From: a virus
Taxonomy: Duplodnaviria; Caudoviricetes
Length of the DNA: 36,702 nucleotides
Strand: one strand, 5' to 3'
IMG/VR virus record: IMGVR_UViG_3300034410_000302
Location: 1 to 36,702 of that record
The notes below the pieces were generated by a model. It was not told the origin of the DNA. It did no database searches and was given only the letters and a program-made list of their open reading frames with translations. How positions within the stretch are numbered: position 1 is the stretch's first letter; every line of letters starts with the position of its first letter. Of the stretch, positions 1 to 8,986 are shown piece after piece. A program made the position numbers and the translations under genes.

Positions 1-921
1 TTTAAAGATAAAACTTATGCAATGTTTTCTATACATGTTGATATACCTGACGATAAACTCGATAATCCACGAGGCCATTTTAATGCGACAGTATCTAAGT
101 CTAAGCATGTTAAAGATCAACTAGCAAAATATAAAGACGCGTTAATTGATAATCATAAACAACAGGCAGATGCTATAAATGCAACATATATTCATTATGG
201 TAGAGATGAACAATATGAAGAGTTTTACAAAAGGTTTCCTGATTTATCAGAATACGATGTAATCAATTTATATAAAATATGGCTTCTTGATAAACTCACA
301 AAAGAATACGACGGTGTATTGTACGTAGATTTAGATTGTTATTTTACAAAGATAGGTATTTCTATATTTGATTATGTTCCTTGGGAAGTGGCATTCTGTT
401 GTAATTATAGTACTCCCCAAGATTTGTATATAAACAGAACCGGAAATTACTTTGAATCATATCGTTATGACTTCCGAAGTCCACATGCAAAATATTGGAA
501 CACACATGCTCTTTTAGCTGAAGATGAAATAGATCCTGTATGCGATGTTTATAATACTGGAGTTATGGTTGCAAGTCGAAAAGTAATGGATAAACTTAAT
601 TACTTTTCTGATATAGATAAAGTATTATCTGTTATGAAAGAACTTAAAGAAGATGAGTATTCAATGTATCCACCTCAAATAAGAAAATCGTTTGGATATG
701 ATAATGAGACAATCACTTCTTATAAAGTTATTAAGAATAATGTGTTCTCATTTAGATTAAACGAGGATTGGCATTTTAAGCATAACGAAAACTATCCTGA
801 GTCTTATATTAAAGACACAACTACATATATTCGTGAAAAGGCAAAAATAGCCGATCAGTTAAACAAAAGACAAATCATACACTTTATTTCTAAGAACTTC
901 TCGTTGGTTTTCGATAAATAG
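1..921 (+). CDS. GT-A fold glycosyltransferase-like protein (GT8-like); probably 5'-truncated by the window edge
   Basis: The frame is open from base 1 (FKDKTYAM...). It has a DxD motif in VLYVDLDCYF, a YNTGVMV segment and a C-terminal IIHF, all typical of GT8/nucleotide-diphospho-sugar transferases. Confidence 0.65.
   Translation, partial: FKDKTYAMFSIHVDIPDDKLDNPRGHFNATVSKSKHVKDQLAKYKDALIDNHKQQADAINATYIHYGRDEQYEEFYKRFPDLSEYDVINLYKIWLLDKLTKEYDGVLYVDLDCYFTKIGISIFDYVPWEVAFCCNYSTPQDLYINRTGNYFESYRYDFRSPHAKYWNTHALLAEDEIDPVCDVYNTGVMVASRKVMDKLNYFSDIDKVLSVMKELKEDEYSMYPPQIRKSFGYDNETITSYKVIKNNVFSFRLNEDWHFKHNENYPESYIKDTTTYIREKAKIADQLNKRQIIHFISKNFSLVFDK
914..920 (+). promoter_or_regulatory. putative T4-type late promoter (ATAAATA) upstream of the desaturase/oxygenase operon
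   Basis: GATAAATA at 913-920, about 33 nt before the ATG at 953. No sigma70 consensus was seen in front of this operon. The motif is short and the DNA is AT-rich. Confidence 0.45.
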
Positions 922-952
922 TAATGTAACCGCTGATTAAGGTATTTGTATT

Positions 953-1510
953 ATGACTCTATTATATTTTTATATGTTCTATTGGATCGTATCCTTTCTA
1001 GGATTCACGATAGGATTTCATCGCGTAGTATCCCACAAATCTATAAACCTACATCCCGTTTTAGAGGCATTTGTTCTCTATGTTGGAGTAGTTGCTAGTG
1101 CGCTATCGCCGTTGGGTTGGGCAGGAATGCATCGTATGCACCATGCTTATGCTGACACACCAAAGGATCCTCATAGTCCGAAATATATGAAATGGTATTC
1201 AATACTCTTTTCGGCTTATAGAGTAAAAACTATTCCACGAAAGTTTGTACGAGATTTATATAAGAATCCAAGAGTAATGTTCTTTCACAAATATAAATGG
1301 AATGTTTTATTTTCTACCTATGCAGTTACATTATTAATTAATCCATTGATTACTTTATGGCTTGTACTTCTTTTACCAACATCATTTATATTCTTTGGTC
1401 TTATTAATGTAACAGGCCACGACTCAAACGGTAACCCAGTAAATAGATGGTGGATAAATCTATTTGCGCCATTTGAAGGGAATCATACTAAACATCATGA
1501 ACCGAAATAG
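953..1510 (+). CDS. membrane fatty acid desaturase (delta-9/DesC-like), compact form
   Basis: Three His boxes (HRVVSH, HRMHH followed by DTPKDPHSP, and EGNHTKHH) plus hydrophobic membrane segments. Confidence 0.85.
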   Translation: MTLLYFYMFYWIVSFLGFTIGFHRVVSHKSINLHPVLEAFVLYVGVVASALSPLGWAGMHRMHHAYADTPKDPHSPKYMKWYSILFSAYRVKTIPRKFVRDLYKNPRVMFFHKYKWNVLFSTYAVTLLINPLITLWLVLLLPTSFIFFGLINVTGHDSNGNPVNRWWINLFAPFEGNHTKHHEPK

Positions 1511-2066
1511 CGATACTCGTTGGGTAAAGATGAATTTTGATGTACCTTGCGATAAAATAGAAAAAGAATACGAATCAGTAAAAGAATCATTAGTTATTCA
1601 TAGACCAGAAGATGGCCATAAGGATTGGTGTGCTATGACTTTATATGGTACAGGATCTGATAATACAAATAGTCATTGGGAATACGGTCGTAAATCTAAA
1701 AAGGATGTTACTGAAATAGGTTTACAATGTCCTGCAACTATGGAATTCGTACAGTCATTACCATATGCTCGTATTGATGACGTAAGATATTTAGTTATTA
1801 AAGCCGGTGGTTATATTGCAGAACATGTCGATGTACCAGAACATAATTGGCTTGATCCTCTTAATATATCGATTACATATCCAGAAGGTTCAAGATTTGT
1901 ACACGACGGAGAAGAAATACCTTATCATCCTGGTGGCGCATTTGTTTTAAATATACATTATGCTCATTCAGTACAAAATGAATCAGACAAAGATAGATTA
2001 CATTTATTAATTCACGGCAAAAAGAAAAAAGAGTTTTGGAATTATGTTGAGAAACTCAAACTGTAA
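1497..2066 (+). CDS. 2OG-Fe(II) oxygenase, aspartyl/asparaginyl beta-hydroxylase-like
   Basis: HxD (EHVD), distal His (AHSVQN) and DRLHL. Start moved to the ATG at 1497. Confidence 0.8.
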   Translation: MNRNSDTRWVKMNFDVPCDKIEKEYESVKESLVIHRPEDGHKDWCAMTLYGTGSDNTNSHWEYGRKSKKDVTEIGLQCPATMEFVQSLPYARIDDVRYLVIKAGGYIAEHVDVPEHNWLDPLNISITYPEGSRFVHDGEEIPYHPGGAFVLNIHYAHSVQNESDKDRLHLLIHGKKKKEFWNYVEKLKL

Positions 2067-2541
2067 AGTCATTACGTTCTTACCAGAAGATCGTCCTGAT
2101 ATTCTAAGACGTTTACACGGTGCTGAATATAATCATATAAACTATGATACTATATCTTGGTTTGATTTTGATTGCATATCGATATTACAAGATGGCGATG
2201 ATATAGTTGGGTTTAGTTCTATATGGCATAGAGAAGAACATTATGAAGAAGGTGAAGTAAGAATATTAAATCGTTATTGGGAAGATGATGTTTTAAGAAG
2301 AGGTGGAAGAGAATTAGCTCGAGCTCATATACTTACTATGGTATCTGAACAATTAAAGTTTGCAAAAGAACTCGGATATACTAAAGCGTTTATAAGTCGA
2401 GAAAAGAACCCTCGAGTTTTTAAAGAACTAATAAATAAAATTGCCAAAGGTACAAATACTGAATGGCATATACATGATAAGAGAGTACCCGTCTGTGAAG
2501 GAGATGGTTGCTTACAATTTAAAGGATATACCGAATTATGA
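2044..2541 (+). CDS. GNAT-fold acyltransferase-like protein
   Basis: The DGDDIVGFSSI beta hairpin, RILNRYW strand and QLKFAKELGYTKAFIS helix-strand resemble the GNAT topology. Confidence 0.5.
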   Translation: MLRNSNCKVITFLPEDRPDILRRLHGAEYNHINYDTISWFDFDCISILQDGDDIVGFSSIWHREEHYEEGEVRILNRYWEDDVLRRGGRELARAHILTMVSEQLKFAKELGYTKAFISREKNPRVFKELINKIAKGTNTEWHIHDKRVPVCEGDGCLQFKGYTEL

Positions 2542-3341
2542 AAACTCGTTATGAATTACCACCATTCTTAAAATTAGATATGCAATTTGATGTCGCGAAG
2601 ATTATTGAAGACGTGAGAAACATGCCACCTGAAACTGATGACTTAAAACAAAAGGATGGTTATGGAGATTTAGTTGGCGGTAAAACTGCAAAGCTACAAA
2701 AAGCATTTGGTTTAAAGTTTGATACAATCGAAGATGCGTATCAATTCCTACAAGATAATGATGTAAAAGAATCTGAGTTTAGAAAAGGCTTGGGTGGTAA
2801 GCGTATGGCTTGGGACTTTAGAAATTATGTAAAACCGTTCGAAGATTATATTGTTAAAGATGGTAAAGGTAAATTTGAAGTTAATGGATCGCCTTATAAA
2901 CAAATTGCTTTAACTAAATATAATCCTGCCGAAGAAGATCGCATATATGATAAAAAGATTCCTAAGAGTAGGCTTGATGAACGTCATTATAATCTCGTAA
3001 AAGATTGGGTCAAAGGTACTTATTTAGAAGAAATCCTTAAACAATTTAAAGGTGAAGTTACCCGTGCACGGATTGCTATTATGGATCCTGGCGCGTTTGT
3101 TGCAGAACATATCGATTATAATACTGATTATTCAATTCGTTTCCATATTCCTATTACAACAAATGATGATTGTGGATTCTATTGTGTTAATCAAGAAGGT
3201 GAAAAGGTATATCAAACAATGGAACCTGGATCTTGTTGGTTTTTAAATCAAGGTATGAGACACTCTGCTTGGAATAAAGGAACTACTACAAGATCTCATA
3301 TTATCATATCTGTTAATGGACAGGATGATTTAGATGTTTAA
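2538..3341 (+). CDS. 2OG-Fe(II) oxygenase, aspartyl/asparaginyl beta-hydroxylase-like
   Basis: RARIAIMDPG, EHID, RFHIPITTN, WFLNQGMRHSAWN and RSHII. ATGA overlap with the previous gene. Confidence 0.85.
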   Translation: MKTRYELPPFLKLDMQFDVAKIIEDVRNMPPETDDLKQKDGYGDLVGGKTAKLQKAFGLKFDTIEDAYQFLQDNDVKESEFRKGLGGKRMAWDFRNYVKPFEDYIVKDGKGKFEVNGSPYKQIALTKYNPAEEDRIYDKKIPKSRLDERHYNLVKDWVKGTYLEEILKQFKGEVTRARIAIMDPGAFVAEHIDYNTDYSIRFHIPITTNDDCGFYCVNQEGEKVYQTMEPGSCWFLNQGMRHSAWNKGTTTRSHIIISVNGQDDLDV

Positions 3342-3843
3342 AGAATGGCGCAATGATTCATTTATAGTAACAGATTTTAAAGTCGATCCTGAATTTTGGA
3401 CTCCATATTTTACCGGTGAATGGCAAGACAGTAATCAATTATATTCAGAATATGTAAGTGATGCCACCGGCGGTAAAGAAATGAATAAGTTTTTTGTTCA
3501 AGAGATTCATAATTTTGATCGACCACTCTTAAAGTTAATTAAAAAGATATGGAATGAATTTGGTATTAGACCAAGAGAGTTTCGTTGTAACTTTTTTAGA
3601 GTATTAGAAGGTGGTGAGCTGCCTGTACATGTTGATGTAAAAAGCGAATGCTCAGTATTAATACCAGTAACAGAGAATACAGGCGAGTTATATGTAGAAT
3701 CCGGGGCTCATCGGGATTCAATTGTATATGATTCACTTACAGTTTTAAACACAAAGAAACCGCATGGTGTACAATCACCAACAAAGGAAAGGATAGTTTT
3801 TCATATGGGCATCCACGATACTAAATTCGGAGACTTAAGATGA
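3334..3843 (+). CDS. 2OG-Fe(II) oxygenase-fold protein
   Basis: LPVHVD, LNTKKPHGV and ERIVF give the HxD...H...R pattern. Confidence 0.75.
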   Translation: MFKEWRNDSFIVTDFKVDPEFWTPYFTGEWQDSNQLYSEYVSDATGGKEMNKFFVQEIHNFDRPLLKLIKKIWNEFGIRPREFRCNFFRVLEGGELPVHVDVKSECSVLIPVTENTGELYVESGAHRDSIVYDSLTVLNTKKPHGVQSPTKERIVFHMGIHDTKFGDLR

Positions 3844-4301
3844 TTAACAGATTAAATTTACCAGCACTAACATTACCATCACCTGCTCATAATGCATTAG
3901 AAATTGAATACGATAGTTCAATTATTAATTATACAGCTTGGAATGTTACAGACGAAACAGCTACTTTAGTGGCTAATAATGTATTACAAGAAATTTTAGA
4001 TAACGCTCAATTGCGATATCAAGAATCAGATAATACTAAAAACGACAGAATTTTTACAACAGAATCACGTTGGAGAATTCTATATATGATTGATCCGGCA
4101 GGTACAGTATTGCATGCACATGATGCAGACGATAACATCACATCTTCTATTACAGCAGTAGCAGGAGAATGGTACCTTATTGATTCACACGTTAAAAATT
4201 CTAATTCTGGAATTACCGGTACACAAACTGCTTTAACAATCAATCATAGCGCTGATTTCAATAGTACGGAGCAGGCTTGGATAGATGGCAAAATACTTTA
4301 A
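3840..4301 (+). CDS. hypothetical protein, possibly a degenerate (metal-less) oxygenase-fold paralog
   Basis: RILYMIDPAG and GEWYLIDSHVKNSNSG...TALTIN parallel the C-terminal strands of neighbouring oxygenases, but the canonical HxD and distal His are not in the expected positions. Confidence 0.4.
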   Translation: MINRLNLPALTLPSPAHNALEIEYDSSIINYTAWNVTDETATLVANNVLQEILDNAQLRYQESDNTKNDRIFTTESRWRILYMIDPAGTVLHAHDADDNITSSITAVAGEWYLIDSHVKNSNSGITGTQTALTINHSADFNSTEQAWIDGKIL

Positions 4302-4887
4302 ATATGATGTAAGAAAATACTTTGAGCAATATGTTGATTTTGAAAATAAATCAGTATTAGACTTTGGTTGCAATCACGGTAACTTTGTAAGGTATCAGTC
4401 TCACCACGATTATACTGGTGTTGATATTAATAAAGCTATTATAGAACAAAACAAAGAACAATATCCTGGCTGCGAATGGATTCATTATGATGGATACAAT
4501 AAAATGTATAATCCCAATGGTACAGAAGAATTCGTACTTGATAGGGATTATGATGTAGGTGTGCTGTTTTCAGTTATTACTCATATGGAAAAAGATGAAG
4601 CAATAGAGACTATACAAAAATTAAAAGAACGTTGTAAAACATTATATGTTACATTCTATTCTCATACAAATCATCAAGCTTTAACTAACATATGTCGATA
4701 TCGAAAATTAGGAATGCCTAATTGGAGCAAAATAACAGAATCAGATGTATATTACTTTAAACCCGAAGAATACCTTTGGTCTTTTTACGATGATGACTTT
4801 GCCGCAAAAACATTTGGTGGTAAAGTATATGATACAATCTTTAGTCCTAGAACATTAATGGGAATGCAAAAATGTTTAATAATATAA
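4285..4887 (+). CDS. class I SAM-dependent methyltransferase
   Basis: Motif I VLDFGCNHG, then YTGVDIN and YDVGVLFSVITH. Confidence 0.85.
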   Translation: MAKYFKYDVRKYFEQYVDFENKSVLDFGCNHGNFVRYQSHHDYTGVDINKAIIEQNKEQYPGCEWIHYDGYNKMYNPNGTEEFVLDRDYDVGVLFSVITHMEKDEAIETIQKLKERCKTLYVTFYSHTNHQALTNICRYRKLGMPNWSKITESDVYYFKPEEYLWSFYDDDFAAKTFGGKVYDTIFSPRTLMGMQKCLII

Positions 4888-5336
4888 GTCATTATAATCT
4901 TCCAAACTTTTTAACGCATCATCAGCATGCGCATTTCTTAATTGTTGCAAAGAACTTACATGAAGATCATTGGACTCCATATAAAACGTCTTCTGGTAGA
5001 CCGGACGGATTCTCATATTATGATTTAAAAACTACTTTTATTGGTAAGAACGTTTACCTTCTTAAAATGAATCCTCATAGTCGTATTGATTGGCATACCG
5101 ATAGCAGTAAAAGAACTATAGCATTAACCTATCCATTATCAGAACAGTATGCGCCATGCCAATTTGAAAATAATGAATCAACATCTAAGCCGGCTTTCTT
5201 AAATACTCAACAACGACATGCAGTATTTAATAATGCTCAAACAAGATATAGCCTAAACATATCATTCGAAGAGAATATGGATGATTGTATAGCATTATTC
5301 GAAAGCTTGAACGAATATGAATTTAAAACACCTTAA
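4872..5336 (+). CDS. 2OG-Fe(II) oxygenase-fold protein
   Basis: IDWHTD, FLNTQQRHAVFN and RYSLNI. Confidence 0.75.
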   Translation: MFNNISHYNLPNFLTHHQHAHFLIVAKNLHEDHWTPYKTSSGRPDGFSYYDLKTTFIGKNVYLLKMNPHSRIDWHTDSSKRTIALTYPLSEQYAPCQFENNESTSKPAFLNTQQRHAVFNNAQTRYSLNISFEENMDDCIALFESLNEYEFKTP

Positions 5337-5799
5337 CTTTAAAATAGATAAACCTCGCTTTAGAAAAATAGCTGAAAAGTGGAGAAGCTCTGGTAGGTAT
5401 TACCAATGGAAACAATTCGATCAAGAAGATAAATGGTTCCAAACATATCCACCTCAAGGAGAAGATGACGCAATATCTGAAGTAGAACACATGCTTGGTA
5501 TTCATATATTTCAGAATAAGCCTCGTTTCTATTGGCTTAAACCAAACTCTAATCTTCCAATTCATTTTGATGAAGATAATGTAACATCAATACAAATTAA
5601 TCTAATGGATCAAACACCTGAAATAGGAATCGAAGGCGTGGGTAATGTTCCATATGAAGCAATGATAATAAATAACGGATATATAAGACACTGGGTGGAT
5701 CCAGTACCTTATGAACGTTTACAATTAAAATTTGTAATGCGTGAATCATACGAGCAAATAATGAGGGTAATACCTAATGCCATATTACAGGACAGATAG
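5317..5799 (+). CDS. 2OG-Fe(II) oxygenase-fold protein
   Basis: LPIHFD, IRHWV and ERLQLKF. Confidence 0.7.
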   Translation: MNLKHLNFKIDKPRFRKIAEKWRSSGRYYQWKQFDQEDKWFQTYPPQGEDDAISEVEHMLGIHIFQNKPRFYWLKPNSNLPIHFDEDNVTSIQINLMDQTPEIGIEGVGNVPYEAMIINNGYIRHWVDPVPYERLQLKFVMRESYEQIMRVIPNAILQDR

Positions 5800-6649
5800 A
5801 CCATTTGCCGATCGTAAACTTCGAAATATGGATATTATTCATAATCCAAATACAACATTGTTTCAAGATCAATACGAGTCGTCATATTGTATTCCAGACT
5901 TTATAACAGATAAAGAACGATTAGAACTGCTTGAAGTTTGGAACTATAGATTTGATACGATAGGTGAGATCATAAACGATCATATTTACCGTATTCCATA
6001 TCCAATGCTTATTAAAGAAATATCTGATATTGTAAGGCCAAAAATCTATGAACATTTTGGAGATGATATAGTATTCTATTCAGATATAGCTGGTAATGAT
6101 CCTATGAGTGTTGGAGATCAAATGTTTAAAGCTATACAACCGTATGGATTACACACCGACTCAGTAACTCACCTTGATGGATACAGACCATATAAGGATA
6201 TTATCATACCATTGCTTATAGATGGCCCAGGAACATATGTTACATTCAACCAAAGGTATCGTGGACATGCCACTATGTTTATGAATGGAAGAGATATAAC
6301 CTCATATGCCAACTATCATAATATAGTCAAAATACAGTCGTATAAAGACTATGGTGTAGAAAATATAGATGAAACAAATCCAGATCAAGATAGACTCGAA
6401 ATGCTTATGCCTAAACATATACCTTTGTCTGTATATGATGGTCTTTCTATTGAAGCAATATTATTATGGCAACATTGTAATGCCATTGTACAAGACACTT
6501 CAGTGCTTCATGCACCGACAGGATTCGCAGGAAGTAAGATAGGATTAACCCTACATCTTATGAAACGTGACGAGAGCTATAGAAATAGCATCTCTGGCCA
6601 CTATACTCCGTGGTCTCCACACACAAAACCAATAAAAAAATTAAAATAA
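5777..6649 (+). CDS. 2OG-Fe(II) oxygenase-fold protein with internal insertion
   Basis: GLHTD, IIIPL, then after a long insert VQDTSVLHAP and KIGLTL. Confidence 0.55.
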   Translation: MPYYRTDRPFADRKLRNMDIIHNPNTTLFQDQYESSYCIPDFITDKERLELLEVWNYRFDTIGEIINDHIYRIPYPMLIKEISDIVRPKIYEHFGDDIVFYSDIAGNDPMSVGDQMFKAIQPYGLHTDSVTHLDGYRPYKDIIIPLLIDGPGTYVTFNQRYRGHATMFMNGRDITSYANYHNIVKIQSYKDYGVENIDETNPDQDRLEMLMPKHIPLSVYDGLSIEAILLWQHCNAIVQDTSVLHAPTGFAGSKIGLTLHLMKRDESYRNSISGHYTPWSPHTKPIKKLK

Positions 6650-6705
6650 ATCACAAGCCATTGATTTCGTTACTAATTTAATTTGCTTTTAAAGTGAATT
6701 AATTG

Positions 6706-6734
6706 TTGACATTTGCTTTAAGATGATGTATAAT
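6706..6734 (+). promoter_or_regulatory. sigma70 consensus early promoter
   Basis: TTGACA (6706-6711), 17 bp spacer, TATAAT (6729-6734). Preceded by AAAGTGAATTAATTG. Confidence 0.9.
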
Positions 6735-6763
6735 ATACATATAAATTAATAAAGGAATCAAAT

Positions 6764-7135
6764 ATGAAATACGCAATCTACCAAATTCAACTCTCAGATG
6801 CTCAAGTTGATCTAATCAATGCAGAAGGTCACCACGCTGTACCATCACATATCGCTAAAATGGATATGTCAATGGACTTTAGAGGAGAGAAGATTGCAGA
6901 TCAAGCATCAGATGCTTGGGATAAAGGTTACTATACTCACGTTTGTAATATCACAGCTGAGAACCTTAACCAAGTCTTTGAGACTGGTAATATCGGTCCA
7001 GAAGAGAATATCGAAAGGCTTTCAAAAATGCATTCGATCTCAGTGGCTGACGTAATCATTGACGAAACCGGTGAAATGGTTGTTGTAGCTTCGGTTGGTT
7101 TCAAAATGTTTGGTAACTTAAAGGAGGCAGCGTAA
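6764..7135 (+). CDS. YodL-like domain protein (early gene)
   Basis: YAIYQI ... LNQVFETGN ... HSISVADVI ... VASVGF matches the YodL-like pattern. AAGGA RBS. Confidence 0.6.
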   Translation: MKYAIYQIQLSDAQVDLINAEGHHAVPSHIAKMDMSMDFRGEKIADQASDAWDKGYYTHVCNITAENLNQVFETGNIGPEENIERLSKMHSISVADVIIDETGEMVVVASVGFKMFGNLKEAA

Positions 7136-7353
7136 TGAACTTAGCATATTGCGACGCATTCGCGTCATTCATCAGAAACGCTCTGGTAACTATTAAGCCG
7201 GAGACTAAAGAGTTTCCTGTAATCAATGGTTTAGTAGGTGGTACTATGTACGATCTGCACCCTACAGAGGGTTACATGTTATCCACTAAGAAAACCATTG
7301 ATGTTACAGATGCCAATGGTAAAGCTTACCGTATCTCAATAGAGGAGTTATAA
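7135..7353 (+). CDS. hypothetical early protein
   Basis: AAGGAGG RBS and TAATG coupling. Confidence 0.7.
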   Translation: MNLAYCDAFASFIRNALVTIKPETKEFPVINGLVGGTMYDLHPTEGYMLSTKKTIDVTDANGKAYRISIEEL

Positions 7354-7354
7354 G

Positions 7355-7537
7355 ATGCAAATTAAAGGTGCAACCACAATTCTTAAGAAGCAAAGTGAAT
7401 TCCTTGGAATGACTATTGCTGAAGTAATCAAATTTGCTGATGAGTCTCCGATGGCTCAGCCGAACAATGTTCTTGAAGCAGTTAAGGTATGGCGTGAAGA
7501 AATGCGCTATGCAGATAATTTTTTTAAAAATAAGTGA
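7355..7537 (+). CDS. hypothetical early protein
   Basis: GAGGAG RBS; tandem with the previous gene. Confidence 0.7.
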   Translation: MQIKGATTILKKQSEFLGMTIAEVIKFADESPMAQPNNVLEAVKVWREEMRYADNFFKNK

Positions 7538-7546
7538 AAAAACTTG

Positions 7547-7575
7547 TTGACATTACCGTCTGACTATGATATAAT
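7547..7575 (+). promoter_or_regulatory. sigma70 consensus early promoter with extended -10
   Basis: TTGACA (7547-7552), 17 bp spacer, TGA-TATAAT (7570-7575). Preceded by AAGTGAAAAAACTTG. Confidence 0.9.
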
Positions 7576-7605
7576 AGTCTTATCAAAACAACAAAAGGTT
7601 AAATT

Positions 7606-7866
7606 ATGAAATCAGCTTACGATCCAACTCCTACAGAAATCAAAGTGGCTAGCATTGGCCGTAAATTAATGGACATCTCTGTTAATATGCCAATGAAAGG
7701 TTTGAAAGATGAGGAGATCGCAAGATCAAATCGAATGAGTTCTTTTGGCGATGCCTTAACTCGTTTTGGATCAACCTTTGGTCCACGCAATCTTAATGAA
7801 GTACTTAAACTTTCTGGAGTTTCTGTAGAAGAAGCCGAAGAATTCATGCAACTTGGAACTCAATAA
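7606..7866 (+). CDS. hypothetical early protein
   Basis: AAGG RBS, directly downstream of a promoter. Confidence 0.7.
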   Translation: MKSAYDPTPTEIKVASIGRKLMDISVNMPMKGLKDEEIARSNRMSSFGDALTRFGSTFGPRNLNEVLKLSGVSVEEAEEFMQLGTQ

Positions 7867-7878
7867 GAGGATTAATCA

Positions 7879-8319
7879 ATGAGTAATCGAATTAACACAG
7901 AAGCTAACACCGTAGAGCGCAATGCTGAACTACAAGATATGTGCTTTTCTGATTTCTTTAAAGATATAAACGGATTTCGTCCGCGTGGTTCAACCTGGGA
8001 TTACTACCTAGGTCTCTCTCCTGAAGCTCTTGAAAAAGCGCTCGATCGTATGGATGCTGAAATGGAAGAACAACTCCAAGAGTCTCGACGTCAAGAAAAA
8101 GAAGACGTTGCGGCTATGAAAGCTGAAATCCAAAATGCGATCGATCTTGGCGCTAAAACTGAGACTGATGCTTTGCGTTGGATAACTCAGAACGAAGACT
8201 TCTATTCTGGTCAGTGTGTCGAAAGCTTTGTATGGAGACGTGGTATTCTCTTTACTCCTTACGGGAAAGAGCTCGTCGAAAAAATCCTTGATGTAGCAAA
8301 ATTCAAGGAATTTGCATAA
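7879..8319 (+). CDS. hypothetical phage early protein
   Basis: GAGGA RBS; SDFFKDINGFRPRG motif followed by an acidic coiled coil. Confidence 0.7.
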   Translation: MSNRINTEANTVERNAELQDMCFSDFFKDINGFRPRGSTWDYYLGLSPEALEKALDRMDAEMEEQLQESRRQEKEDVAAMKAEIQNAIDLGAKTETDALRWITQNEDFYSGQCVESFVWRRGILFTPYGKELVEKILDVAKFKEFA

Positions 8320-8624
8320 TGGCTGTAGTGAATAGAATTAGTTCATTTGATGAGGCATACCTATATAAAGGTTATGTTCTTGTCAATGAACTGTATGAAG
8401 ATCCTGAGGGCTTCTATAAAAACACTTGGATGTGGGCTAAAGTTGACGGTGAAAATTGTGTCGACTTAGTATCTCTTGATAACTTAAGTAGTAACTCTTA
8501 TTCTCCGTTCGAAGAAGCTCACTCAGTGTTTATCGATATGATCAATGAAAAACTTGGTCTTACTGACGATATGCAATCATTCGATACTGCATACGATTTC
8601 CTTGATAGCAGAAAAAAAGTTTAA
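8319..8624 (+). CDS. hypothetical acidic protein
   Basis: AAGGA RBS and TAATG coupling. Confidence 0.65.
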   Translation: MAVVNRISSFDEAYLYKGYVLVNELYEDPEGFYKNTWMWAKVDGENCVDLVSLDNLSSNSYSPFEEAHSVFIDMINEKLGLTDDMQSFDTAYDFLDSRKKV

Positions 8625-8642
8625 AAAAAGTGAAATAAACCG

Positions 8643-8671
8643 TTGACATTTCCTTTTAAATGATGTATAAT
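8643..8671 (+). promoter_or_regulatory. sigma70 consensus early promoter
   Basis: TTGACA (8643-8648), 17 bp spacer, TATAAT (8666-8671). Preceded by AAAGTGAAATAAACCG. Confidence 0.9.
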
Positions 8672-8700
8672 GGTTATATAAATTGATAAGGAACTATACT

Positions 8701-8985
8701 ATGAAATACTCTGAAAGATCTACCGCTTACTACGCAACTATTAAAATGATTGATGGACAAGTCGCTCCAGAAGATCAAGCCGTTCTCGATGGAATTAAAA
8801 CGGTTGTAAAGCTGAATAATACCGCATTCCCTTTCGATAAGAAAAAGCGCGTAAAACTTCAAGGTCGTGGTCCAAGAGCTGCTCATTCAAGAGCAGATTA
8901 CAATGGACGTAGCAGATGTTATGATCAATCCCTTCCTTTAAAATACGCTACTCACGCTGACGTATACGTTTACGATAGGTCTTAA
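8701..8985 (+). CDS. hypothetical basic early protein
   Basis: ATG at 8701 follows an AAGGA RBS; contains VKLQGRGPR. Confidence 0.7.
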   Translation: MKYSERSTAYYATIKMIDGQVAPEDQAVLDGIKTVVKLNNTAFPFDKKKRVKLQGRGPRAAHSRADYNGRSRCYDQSLPLKYATHADVYVYDRS

Positions 8986-8986
8986 A

